A stretch of DNA of 64,000 nucleotides, taken from the NCBI RefSeq assembly GCF_024700885.2, contig NZ_CP117016.1; one strand, written 5' to 3'. Source of the DNA: Escherichia coli. Its GTDB lineage: Bacteria > Pseudomonadota > Gammaproteobacteria > Enterobacterales > Enterobacteriaceae. The position numbers were made by a program, and so were the translations under genes. The notes beneath the pieces were generated by a model. That model was given only the letters and a program-made list of their open reading frames with translations. It did not search any database and was not told the origin of the DNA. Below, piece by piece: positions 11,497 to 22,000 of the stretch; positions within the stretch are counted from its first letter, which is position 1; each line of letters opens with the position of its first letter.

Positions 11497-11682
11497 TAGT
11501 GAAAATGTATATTGTACGATCATGATTTGATATGTGATCGTAGCAGTAGTAATTAAGAAACCGCTTTTATGTCAAATGTATTGAGCTGATAATTATCAGA
11601 TCGTCAGGAAAGCGTATTTTGATTAACAGGGGATTACTTAACAATCCCCTTTTTATAAAAAATAATTTGCCTGTTTAACTCT

Positions 11683-13500
11683 TCACTCCTGCTGAGACTG
11701 AATTATTCCTAGTGCGTCATAAATCAGTCTTCTGCGTAGTTTATTGTTTTTATCTGCACCATATAACATAAATATATTTTCAACTTTTTCTTCAGGTGTT
11801 CTGAGATAATGGATAAGAAAGGTTATCATTCCAACACAATGGAATAAAGTGAATCCATCAAACAGGCTTATCAGGTTTCCTTTTTTTTCCCGTGTTGTAA
11901 GTATTTTTTCGCGGGTAAGAATATTTGCCAGTTCATGGGGGGCTGATATGTTTCTGCTGTCTATAATGTCATTTATTTTACCAAGGGCTATATCAACTTC
12001 CTGTAATAGGTTATTTATCATAGCTGAGTGAATGTTATTGGTTTCATGTTCCTGACAGTTTATGAACTTATAAATCATTGAGTTATACAGAAATATTACT
12101 CTTCCTAATAAATATGTGTTTGTGTCATTTTGAAGACAGGACTCTGGGTATTCGTGATCCAGTGAAATAAGGTTAATGGACTCGCCCTGATAAGTCATAA
12201 AATAATTGATGTCATTTAATAATGCTCGGATATTTACATGATTTTTACTGAATTTTATTTTAAATGCTATCTTTAGTATAGCAAACGCGGCAATGATAAA
12301 TCCAAAAGGTAATTTCTCATAGTTCAGTTTATTGATGGTGCGATGAACACTTTCAGTCTTTCCTGAAGTAAGTTGTCTCAAACAGTTAACAAATTCTGTA
12401 TAGCCATTTAAGACATAATGGCATGAAGAATCTTTTAAAGAGTTTTCTATGTTTTGTAATGTGACGCCGTTGTTCAATGTATAAATGTAACCGCCAAAGA
12501 CAATGTTTTCAATCTCAACGACACAATTTATTGTTTTTTGTTCAGGATAAAGATAAATATCAGAAATACTATAGTCTCGTATTGCGTCAATGGCATCCCA
12601 CGATAATGCACTGTCAATTTTCAGTGTATAAAATGGTGAGTTCTCATTAGGAAAGTAATATATGTATTTGTTCAGTATATTCATTACATCTATTGGGTTG
12701 GTTAAATATAATAACTGGCATTCATATTCTGAAACTTCTCTTTCGCTTATCAGCATTTTATATAAAGTTGTCAGGGTGCTTGTTAATGAAGTTCGTCTTT
12801 CGAAAGCCAGTAATATAGTGAGATAATAACATGCAACCTGAACTTTATCTAAGTCAGAAATTATTTTTTCCTTGTCTTCATTACTTAAATAAAGCAGATG
12901 TTTACAGGTTTCTTTGCATGTGTTGATAGTTGCGATAAGTTTTGTTTTTCCTGGTGTACTGTTTTTGCGAATATTACGAATGAATTCATATACGCCATCA
13001 AAGATATCTTTGAAATGCGCATTCGCTGGCGTGTATCCGGATAAACATAACTTAACGTAATTTCGCAGATATGTCCTTGCAGCATGATATATATCATCCT
13101 CATTATCCGGTATCTGAGTGAGAAAAGAATGAATATGATAGTAAAATGCCATCTCATTATCCGGGCGATATGTGTTCCTGATGTCGAGTGCGAGAATCAT
13201 TGGTACAATGTCATTAAAATATTTTTGTTTTATTATTTGATGTGTTTTGTCTGTAAAAACAGAATAGTGCATTAGCTTAACATAGAGATCTTCATATCTC
13301 CTAAATATAACTTTTCGTTGTTCTTTACTCAATACTTGTTCTTTATCAATAATGTTTATTAATTCATCAAACATGTCGCCCAGTGAATGTTGATGTGAGG
13401 AAAAATTTTTAATATTTCGGATGTCACGGCTATTCTGGTTTTTAGCCAGAACACCAAAACATGAAAAGACATCATACATTATAGTGATAAAATTATACAT
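11683..13500 (-). CDS. Hypothetical 605-aa protein, AT-rich orphan gene convergent with integrase
   Basis: Uninterrupted 1.8-kb ORF, very AT-rich compared with flanking int and core genes; no motif recognised by eye. Confidence 0.7.
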   Translation of the reverse strand: MYNFITIMYDVFSCFGVLAKNQNSRDIRNIKNFSSHQHSLGDMFDELINIIDKEQVLSKEQRKVIFRRYEDLYVKLMHYSVFTDKTHQIIKQKYFNDIVPMILALDIRNTYRPDNEMAFYYHIHSFLTQIPDNEDDIYHAARTYLRNYVKLCLSGYTPANAHFKDIFDGVYEFIRNIRKNSTPGKTKLIATINTCKETCKHLLYLSNEDKEKIISDLDKVQVACYYLTILLAFERRTSLTSTLTTLYKMLISEREVSEYECQLLYLTNPIDVMNILNKYIYYFPNENSPFYTLKIDSALSWDAIDAIRDYSISDIYLYPEQKTINCVVEIENIVFGGYIYTLNNGVTLQNIENSLKDSSCHYVLNGYTEFVNCLRQLTSGKTESVHRTINKLNYEKLPFGFIIAAFAILKIAFKIKFSKNHVNIRALLNDINYFMTYQGESINLISLDHEYPESCLQNDTNTYLLGRVIFLYNSMIYKFINCQEHETNNIHSAMINNLLQEVDIALGKINDIIDSRNISAPHELANILTREKILTTREKKGNLISLFDGFTLFHCVGMITFLIHYLRTPEEKVENIFMLYGADKNNKLRRRLIYDALGIIQSQQE

Positions 13501-13640
13501 AACATTCTCCTTTTATTGCACTATATAAAATTTTAACATTATATCATTTTGCTTTTCTGTTAACTGGTTTTCATTTTTGAATCAATATTTTCTGAACAGG
13601 GTAATAGTACACGTATTAACAGATTATGTCAGAAGGCCCC

Positions 13641-14402
13641 GGTGATGCCTTCTGACGATAGATTAATGTTGTATTCTATTGGTATCTGGAGACCATATGG
13701 CAACAGTTACAGTATATTCTCCCCGCTGTAATTCCTATAAAGTGTACCGTTATGATCACAGCACCTCAGATCATGAGCGTTTCCAGTGCTAATCCTGCAA
13801 ACGTGTATTTCAACTGAATTACATCTACGAAACCCGAAAACCAGGCATTAAAGAGCAAATTGTTGAAATGGTTCATAACGGAGCCGGGGTTCGCGATAGC
13901 TCCAGAACGCTGAAGGTGGATATCAACACCGTCATTCTCACTTTAAAAAACGCTCACCACGTAAAGTAACCATATCTCCAGCCGCCAGTGTCGATGTGGC
14001 ACTTATCTGTGAACTTGATGAACAATGGAGTTTTGTCGAAAACAAAGCTCGTCAGCAGTGGCACTGGTACGCGTATAAGACCAAAGCTGACGGTGTGCTG
14101 GCTTACACTTTTGGTCCTCGCACTGATGAAACATGCCGTGAGTTGCCGGAATTCCTGAAGCCATTCTCCGCAGGCATGATAACCAGAGACAACCGGAGCA
14201 GTTATACCAGAGAAATGCCACAGGATAAGCATCTTGTCGGCAAGATATTTACCCGGCGCATTGAGCGCAACAATCTGACACTTCGTACTCACATCAAACG
14301 ACCTGCCCGGAAAACGATTTGCTTTTTACGCTCCCTGGAAATTCACGAAAAGCCATTGGTTCATTTATCGAAAACACATGTACTACTGACAGGAGTCATT
14401 AC
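13641..14402 (+). mobile_element. IS1-family insertion sequence, divergent, probably degenerate
   Basis: Left end ggtgatgcc.. resembles the IS1 inverted repeat and right end ..ggagtcattacc resembles IS1 IRR; InsA-like start MATVTVYSPRC..HERF.C is interrupted, and the InsB-like ORF (13996..14433: ELDEQWSFVENKARQQWHWYAYK..FTRRIERNNLTLRTHIKRPARKT) is present. Confidence 0.65.
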
Positions 14403-14599
14403 CAGGGCCTCTTTTGCTGTTTTTTTGCCATGAATGATAATGAGAATCGACAGCGATAAGGGAAAAGTAAAATAACACTAATGCTGTCGTTTTCTATCAT
14501 ATTGATTTTTAATTATTTATTGTCTTTTTTCTCAACCCATTTTTTTACGCAGACAAATTTACCTGGGGAATACAAACTGTAACGACAGTTCACCACACT

Positions 14600-14908
14600 A
14601 TGGGGGATAAAATGCCAGATCAATCCGGACACTGCAGGACTCCTTCACGCATCTTACGGATGCCTGAACTGAGCCAATTGTTAGGTATATCTCGTTCGAC
14701 AATTTACGAAAAAATGAATCCGTTATCGAAATACTACGATGCAACCTTCCCCAGGCCGGTACGTCTTGGTAGTGGTTCTGTGGGCTGGCGTTCATCAGCT
14801 ATTGACGAATGGCTTACTTTACATACTGTACCTGCCAGATCAGCAGTCAAAGGTGTTAATGACGAAGTGAGACATACGCTTTCTTCAGATATGACCATGA
14901 GCAGATAA
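14600..14908 (+). CDS. alpA: AlpA-family phage regulatory / excisionase-like protein
   Basis: RILRMPELSQLLGISRSTIYEKMNP..YDATFPRPVRLGSGSVGWRSSAIDEWL matches the AlpA/MerR-like HTH signature; located downstream of int as in CP4-57-type islands. Confidence 0.8.
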   Translation: MGDKMPDQSGHCRTPSRILRMPELSQLLGISRSTIYEKMNPLSKYYDATFPRPVRLGSGSVGWRSSAIDEWLTLHTVPARSAVKGVNDEVRHTLSSDMTMSR

Positions 14909-15009
14909 GTTTTTGTCATCACGTGATCACCTCAGGAGGAAAAAGAAGCATAAGAACAATTTAGCCAGAAGTTTAATTGATAAACAGAATTTCCAGCATT
15001 CATTGTTGA

Positions 15010-15345
15010 AAGAGCAGCTATTGTCGCTATTGTCGCTATTGTAGCGGTAATTGCTGCTATAACCGAAACGTATTACGAAAAAGGAAGCATTTATGCCTTA
15101 CATCAAACCGGATATGCCGTATTCAGTATATGCATGACCATCAATGATAGGGAAGGCAATAATTAAAGCTCAATACAATAAACAAGTACCTCTGACTCTG
15201 GTTGCAATGTCAGTATTAACAGCGATGTCAATTGCCTGTCAGAATCAGGTTGACGTATGCAGTCCCAGAAATTTACGTGGGGCCGTTAATATTTACACTA
15301 TGGTTCTGGAGAAAGGGAAAAGACCGGGGGAAAGGTATTAGTGAA
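15010..15345. repeat. Partial tandem duplication of the yfjI-like 5' region
   Basis: agcagctattgtcgctattgt..gctgctat at about 15013 recurs at about 15489; the 65-aa ORF 15144..15341 (VPLTLVAMSVLTAMSIACQNQVDVCSPRNLRGAVNIYTMVL) parallels residues ~38-75 of the 483-aa protein (APLAMVATSALTAISIACQNQIDVCRPGNLHGPVNLYSLIL). Confidence 0.7.
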
Positions 15346-15541
15346 ATAATTTCCGGAGGTATTAAGAATGAGAAATATGAATGATATTTCGTGGTGAATA
15401 ATACAGTCTTCACTGAATTAACCTTATCGGTTTATTAAACATCAGATCTACAAATGCTCTGTATTTCTCAGAGCATCAGGTCTGAATAGCAGCTATTTTC
15501 GCTATTGTAGCGGGATTTGCTGCTATTTTACTAACCCATTA

Positions 15542-16993
15542 ATGAAAAGAGAGGCTTTTATGTGCTTACTTGCACCAGAAAATCCTTATCCGATATATGC
15601 ACTACCACCGCTGGTGAGAAATGCAATAATTGAAACTCAAAAAAATACACAGGCACCTTTGGCTATGGTGGCAACATCCGCATTAACAGCGATCTCAATT
15701 GCCTGTCAGAATCAGATTGACGTGTGCAGACCTGGAAATTTACATGGGCCTGTTAATCTTTACTCTCTGATTCTGGCTGATTCCGGTGAAAGGAAAACGA
15801 CCGTGGATAAAGTGTTTATGAAAGCATTTTATCTCAGGGATGAAGCCCTGGCGGATGAATACGCGAAACTGGTTGAGAATTACAGTACAGAAAAGGAAAT
15901 ATGGGAGCAAAAACAAAAAGCGCTGGAATCAAAATTTCATAAAGAGATTCGTGCCGGTAAAGATTACAAGGCAACAGAATCAGAGCTTGAAACGCATCTG
16001 AATAAACCTCCTGTTCCGCCGCAGATACGTCGAACAATTTTTAATGAGACAACGATAGAGGGAATGTTAAAATATTACTCCGATAGCAATCGCTCTTTTG
16101 CTCTTGTATCCAGTGAAGGGGGGGTGATTTTTGACAGCCGGGCCATGAGTAAACTGGGAATTATTAACACTTTGTGGGATGGAGGTTCTCTTTTCATCGA
16201 CAGGAAATCATCTCCCGGAATTAATTTGAAGGAGCCAAGACTGACGATATCGGTGATGATTCAGCCTGATGTTTACCACAAAGGTTTTTGTACGCGAAAA
16301 AAAGAAATTGTGAAAACGTCAGGACATCATGCAAGGTTTTTGATGTGTCAACCAACATCAACGCAGGGGACAAGGATAATAACCGGAGATAATTATTCAT
16401 CACAGTATCAGGATTTGTTTGAAGAGAGGATCAATGAGCTTATTGATGAAAGTCTGGCGATGAGTGGTGAACGACGTTGCCTTCACTTTTCTCCTCAGGC
16501 TGCCAGAATCTGGACGGATTATTACAATGATGTGGAATCGAAGCTGGGGGGATTGGGGCCTTTAAGACATTGCCGGGAATATGCTGCTAAAAATGCAGAG
16601 TATATGGCAAGACTGGCAGGACTTATTTACCATTCGAGCGGTGAAGAGGGGGAGATTTCCCCTTACACTGCAGAAATGGCGAGAGAATTAGCAATATGGT
16701 ACGGTAATGAGTATGTGCGGTTGTCTAATCCGTTAACTTTTGACAACTCTGCCCTGACCGTACCTGTGCGACTCATTCCAGAGGAGCTTGAACTTTTCAA
16801 CTGGATAAAAAGCTATTGTATTGAGAAGGGGATCCTCTGTATGAAAAAAAATGATATTTTACAGCGTGGTCCGAACCGTTTCCGGAAAAAGGATAAAATC
16901 AACTGGTTACTGGATTTACTGTATGAACAAAACAGAGTTGTACCGGTTATTGAGGGAAAAACGTTGTGTGTCGCACCTAACTTTGACCTCTGA
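15542..16993 (+). CDS. YfjI-like DUF3987-family protein (island replication/primase-associated)
   Basis: 483 aa; gene order int-alpA-this-yfjJ-like parallels CP4-57 intA-alpA-yfjI-yfjJ; family assigned from context and memory, not from a search. Confidence 0.6.
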   Translation: MKREAFMCLLAPENPYPIYALPPLVRNAIIETQKNTQAPLAMVATSALTAISIACQNQIDVCRPGNLHGPVNLYSLILADSGERKTTVDKVFMKAFYLRDEALADEYAKLVENYSTEKEIWEQKQKALESKFHKEIRAGKDYKATESELETHLNKPPVPPQIRRTIFNETTIEGMLKYYSDSNRSFALVSSEGGVIFDSRAMSKLGIINTLWDGGSLFIDRKSSPGINLKEPRLTISVMIQPDVYHKGFCTRKKEIVKTSGHHARFLMCQPTSTQGTRIITGDNYSSQYQDLFEERINELIDESLAMSGERRCLHFSPQAARIWTDYYNDVESKLGGLGPLRHCREYAAKNAEYMARLAGLIYHSSGEEGEISPYTAEMARELAIWYGNEYVRLSNPLTFDNSALTVPVRLIPEELELFNWIKSYCIEKGILCMKKNDILQRGPNRFRKKDKINWLLDLLYEQNRVVPVIEGKTLCVAPNFDL

Positions 16994-17813
16994 ACGACTT
17001 AATCGTTGAGTACATATAGTCTCCTCTGCTACTTGCGGAGGAGACTAATGTCTTTACCATGTCAGCGTTGTATTAGAAAACTCTGGTACAGGTCAGTCAG
17101 TAAATATAACTGGTGTAACCACTATTTACTATTGGATAGAGTGTTGCTCAGGATATTGTCGGCTTTAGTCTGAGGTGAGGTGGGGCCTTCATTGTTTTCG
17201 TGTTCAATAAATAATTTAGGTTAATTAGTATTATTAGTGGAAGTTATGTGATCTGTTATGTTGTCTTGTACGCACTTAACACTGGTTACGTACCGGAACA
17301 CTATTAGAGTATGTTATGGCTCTGTTACAGTTTATAGGTATGAAAAAATATAATCTTTCCTGTATGAAATAATATTCTTATGGTGTGTGGGGTATGGTCT
17401 GTATACCATCATTTTTATGGTGAAGTTAAATATCTGTAGAGGCCTTAAGCTGGGTCGCTGTTTTTACTTAATGGTACAGAAGTATTAATAGCGGTGTTGC
17501 CTGTGGCTACCCGATACTGGCTTTTGTGAATGTCAGATTACTTCCTGTAAGTGATTGAATGGTACTTCCTTAAACTCAATTCTATGAGGTGTGTTTTTAC
17601 CATTGTAATTCGTACTGGTCCTCAGTTTAAGTGAGTCTTACTGTACTCTGAAATATTACCTCTTTGGAGTAATGAGGTAATACGAAACAGTTTTATCAGG
17701 TTGTCTGTGCTGCTGGTTACCTCGTTTATTAATGCCGCGGTACGGCGTTTCTGTACTCTCAGTATTTATGTAATTCCACCTTCCTGTAACTTTTATAAAG
17801 TAAGGACTATAAA

Positions 17814-18377
17814 ATGTATAATGCTAATCCCAATTACGAAATGGACTTCATGATTCTGAAAGACGTGAATGAACACATGGAAGGTCTGTTTCAACGTTTT
17901 TCTAAACTGTTACCTTTCAGAATTGATTTTGCCTACAGGAAAGACACGCCCAGTTTTGGTCATTCCTGTAGGCACAGTATGTGTATTGAAATGCACCGCT
18001 TACTTAGTGAAACCCAAACGATGCTGGCGGGATATTACTGGGTAATGGAATATACGTCAAACAAGGGACTTCATATTCATTTTATCGGCTACTTGGATGG
18101 GCAACGTCACAAGAAATTTTATCGGATATCCAGGCAACTGGGAGATATCTGGAGTCGGATCACGGAAGGGGAGGGTTATTTTCACCTGTGCAGTACTAAA
18201 GACAAATACCCGGTGCGTATCGATCACGTGATTCACTATAGTGATAAGTCTGCGGTAGACGGTTTACGTTACGCCCTTAGCTACCTGGCTAAACAGGATC
18301 AGAAAGAACACGGTATTATTCTGGGCCGTAGCAGGCTTCCCGAAAAAAGCAACCGGGGCCGACCACGACATAACTGA
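17814..18377 (+). CDS. YagK/YfjJ-like (inovirus Gp2-type) protein
   Basis: 187 aa; ..YYWVMEYTSNKGLHIHFIGYLDGQ.. resembles the YagK/YfjJ family found after yfjI in P4/CP4-57-type islands. Confidence 0.5.
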   Translation: MYNANPNYEMDFMILKDVNEHMEGLFQRFSKLLPFRIDFAYRKDTPSFGHSCRHSMCIEMHRLLSETQTMLAGYYWVMEYTSNKGLHIHFIGYLDGQRHKKFYRISRQLGDIWSRITEGEGYFHLCSTKDKYPVRIDHVIHYSDKSAVDGLRYALSYLAKQDQKEHGIILGRSRLPEKSNRGRPRHN

Positions 18378-19039
18378 ATTACAGTTGTATTAGGTATTAA
18401 AATTAAGTTTCTGTAAGTTGTTGGGAGGTGCTTGAGTTAATAGGCAGAAGAGGGCGGGGCGCTTTGTCATCAGTGTAGGGGACCCGAATTTCTGCCGTGG
18501 TACCTCAGTGGATCGGATACAGGTAACGAATATGGTTCATAAATCTGACAGTGATGAATTAGCTGCACTGAGGGCAAACATAACTTGAAGCTTATGGGAT
18601 TGAATGGCGACGTAAACCGCAGAGTCCTGTGCAGTGCGTTTCCGTATTATCCACGGATGAGAAAGTTGCGTTATTTTGTCGACTGTTTCGCGGGCGTGAT
18701 GATGTATGGGCCCTTCGATGGGAAAGCAAAACCAGCGGCAAATCAGGGTACTTGCGGGCCTGTGCTAACGAATGGCAGCCGGGAATAGCGGTAAACTCCG
18801 GATAAAATGTGGGGACTGCGCTCACCGTCAGTTGATCCCTGTATCTGATCTCATCATCTACCACTACACGGTTTAACGGGGCCGCGTCATCTCGGCGTTG
18901 CCCGATAAATTCTTTTCTACGTATAATAACCAGAATGAACGTGTAAAACACCATAGTATTCAGAACTATAAACATCGAAACCTGCCATATTGACTAGAAT
19001 AAATGACCTTATTTTTACTGAAATTTAAGGAGAACACCG

Positions 19040-22000
19040 TTGGAAGTAGAAATGTGGGATGGTGGCTTACAAGAACAGGAAGTATTGGCTATCGAGAAAA
19101 TAAAAGCTGCTTTTTCAGTCAACGTATCTAAGCCTGACAAGCCTTTCCGTAGCGGTTCAATTAGTGAGCAGCTAAAAAGCTATGGTTTTATCGGCAATGA
19201 AATGTTCCCTTGGAAAGGTTATGCAGGTTTTCGATTTGTTGAGGCAAAAAAAGAGGGGGAATTCGATTTAGTTATTGTAACACACTGCAACGTGATCATT
19301 GTTGAACTGAAAGACTGGAACCATCAGCCTGTAACCGCACGCGGAGATACTTGGTTTAAAGGTGATAAGAACATGGGGCGCTCGCCAGTAAGCGTGACTC
19401 GTAGCAAAAAATTCATGCTGGACAAAAAACTCAAGCGTCTGGTAGACCGTTTTACGAACAAAGGCTATATCCCGATTGTTCATTTTTTTGTTGTGATGAC
19501 CGGCAATGCAGATTTCAGCGCGCTGCCGGAGGAACAACGGCGCCATACGATCTCGTTAAAAGATTTCCTGAAGTTTGCCGATCGCGGGAGCTTCAATAAC
19601 TATTTCAAACCGCACCCAGCTACCAAGGTTCTTAACAAGGATTTCCATCTTTTCGATGATTTGTTCCTAGGGCCTCAGACGGCACCAAAAGCCTTGAGAG
19701 TTAATGGCTATGAAGCTAATGATATGATTTTCGAACATCCTAAAAAGGTGTATCGAGAATATCTGGCAAAATCTGAGATATCAACGAACAGCGAAGCGCT
19801 ACTCAGAGTATGGAATTTTAGAAATATAACGGGAACGAAAGCGAATACCCCGGAAGGACGAGCTCAGATTGTTTCACGTGAGCGCGAAGTGTTACAGCAC
19901 ATCAATCACCAGAATCGTGACCTGTATAACCACTGTCTCAGGTCTTTGACGAGTTTTCAGAAAGACGAGGTGACGGCCGAGTATAGCGAAGTCTACGAAG
20001 TTCCGCCGGGTCATGTCCGGTTTAATGAGTTTATCGGAAAATATGGTAAGAACTTTTCTGATATGGACCGCTTGAATGTGGTGAAACTGCTCATTGCAAA
20101 GTTTAGTGATCTCCATGAGATGAAAATTGCGCACAGGGATGTCGCCGATCACAGTCTGTGGATTTCACCTTCAAAAGAAGTTGCTCTTTCGAACTTTATT
20201 TCGGCTTACCACCAGCCAGCCGGAACGGTTGGCGATTACCGTAAGCTTTTATCCGTAGGTGCAGTCCACGTAAAAGACATGCTTGATAAGGGCGAGCTTA
20301 CGCCTTTTCAGCAAGATGTTCATACTCTGGGCCTTGTCGCCTGGCACTTATTTAGCGGTATGCGCATGTCGCCAAAGAGTCTGGAGAAAGTACAGGACAA
20401 CATGCTAAACAGCCAGCACTGGTATTCATCTGTATTACGGGATGCCGTTGCCGCAAAATTCACTTCTGCAACAGAATTCTTTGATGCCCTGAAACAAGCC
20501 GAACCTGCTGGCAAGGATATTCCAACATTTGATGATACTGAGCTTGACCCTTACCGACATGCTATCAATCACGCTCGTCAATACCCGGAAGACGATGGCT
20601 TTCAGTTTCAGGTCGAAACAGTCGACAAAGAAGTCTATATCTCGAAAGGAAGGCTCGTGAAGGCTTGGCTGAATGTTGGGGGACAGGGATACGATCCGTC
20701 AATTAATTTCCAGGTTCTGAAGTTTTTAAAGCAGGTTGAGCGGCTTTCTTCAGTTAAAACAACGTATCTACCTCAAATTCGTGAATTCGGTATCGCATCA
20801 AAATCATCAAGCCTATATATGGTCACGGATCAGGTACAGGGAGAAACCTGGGATAAAATAGCGGTCCCCGATGATGAAAAAATCGACCTCATTGGTAAGT
20901 TTGTCGCCGCCGTTGAGCACTTACATGGTCTGGGTGTTTCTCACGGGGACATCCACCCTGGCAATGTGATATTTGAGACACAGAGCCGTTTGCTTTTTCT
21001 CATCGATATCCCCGATTTTTCACCGTCCGGTGACGAACCTAAAAATCACAGTTACAGCCCTGAATACATTGATAATTGTACTTCTTTTGAACGTGACAAC
21101 TATGCAGTGATGAAGATGTCCTGCGAGTTGCTAGGCATGTCATGGGGGCTGGAATCAGACATTTATCCGACAATCGCGAATGCTATCCGAGCAGAGCTGG
21201 AAGATCCGGTTTTTGGGTTTAAGGATTTAGGCCGCTTTAAAAAAGCGATAGATAGTAATGACCTGGTGCCAGAACAAGACCTGATAGAGATTACTGCAGG
21301 AAATGCCGATGAAATAATCTCTATTCTGCCTGATAACGGGCATCTGTATGTCAAAGTTAAGTCAAATCCTAAAGCGCCAGCTGAAGTAAATGTGACTTTC
21401 TCTGGGATTGGTGGCAGTTTTACTGCGGTGTTCAACAAAGATCAGAAGACGCTGGTTCATGGCTTCAGGCCACGGGCTCGCGTCACAATTCGTAAGCAAG
21501 ATATTGATGAAAGCCAGTTCGAAATTGATACTGGTATCAAGATTATTCCCGGCAGTCCGCAGGATCTGTCGGCGTTGACAGTATTGCTTAATGAAGAAGA
21601 ATCTTTTGCGCGGGCAATCGAGTTGATTGCCGCAACTGAAGATGTTCAGGTACAAGAGCCACTTACGCTTCAGCTAAAAGATACCTTTGCAAGGCTTGAT
21701 AAGCAGACGCTTGAACCTTCTTTAAGAGAAGTGCTGGAAATCCCAACAGTGAAACTGTGGCGCGCCATTCTGGATACTGAAACAGAATCTTATCCAAACA
21801 TTGAAATCAGCGGTGAAGTGGTCCCGGTTGCAGATGCTCATGGAGAGCTTCTTCTCCCTTACTCTGCTGATGTTGATCCACTCGGTGCTTTCAGAAGTAG
21901 TGATGAAGTCGAAGCCTTACAGGTCGATCAGGAAGGTGTTGAGCGATTTATTGGTGAAGTGTCACTTAAGAAGTCAGAGCTCAAAGAGATTCGTCTTGTC

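Noticed and set aside
12960-12990. Possible P-loop in the 605-aa orphan protein (..NSTPGKTKL..)
   Set aside because: Does not satisfy the Walker A pattern GxxxxGK[ST], since the first glycine is absent; no Walker B partner found
18585-18975. Small ORFs (67 aa plus strand, 127 aa minus strand) between the yfjJ-like gene and the giant helicase gene
   Set aside because: No RBS, motif or homology support; overlapping each other; region more likely holds the promoter/leader of the downstream operon
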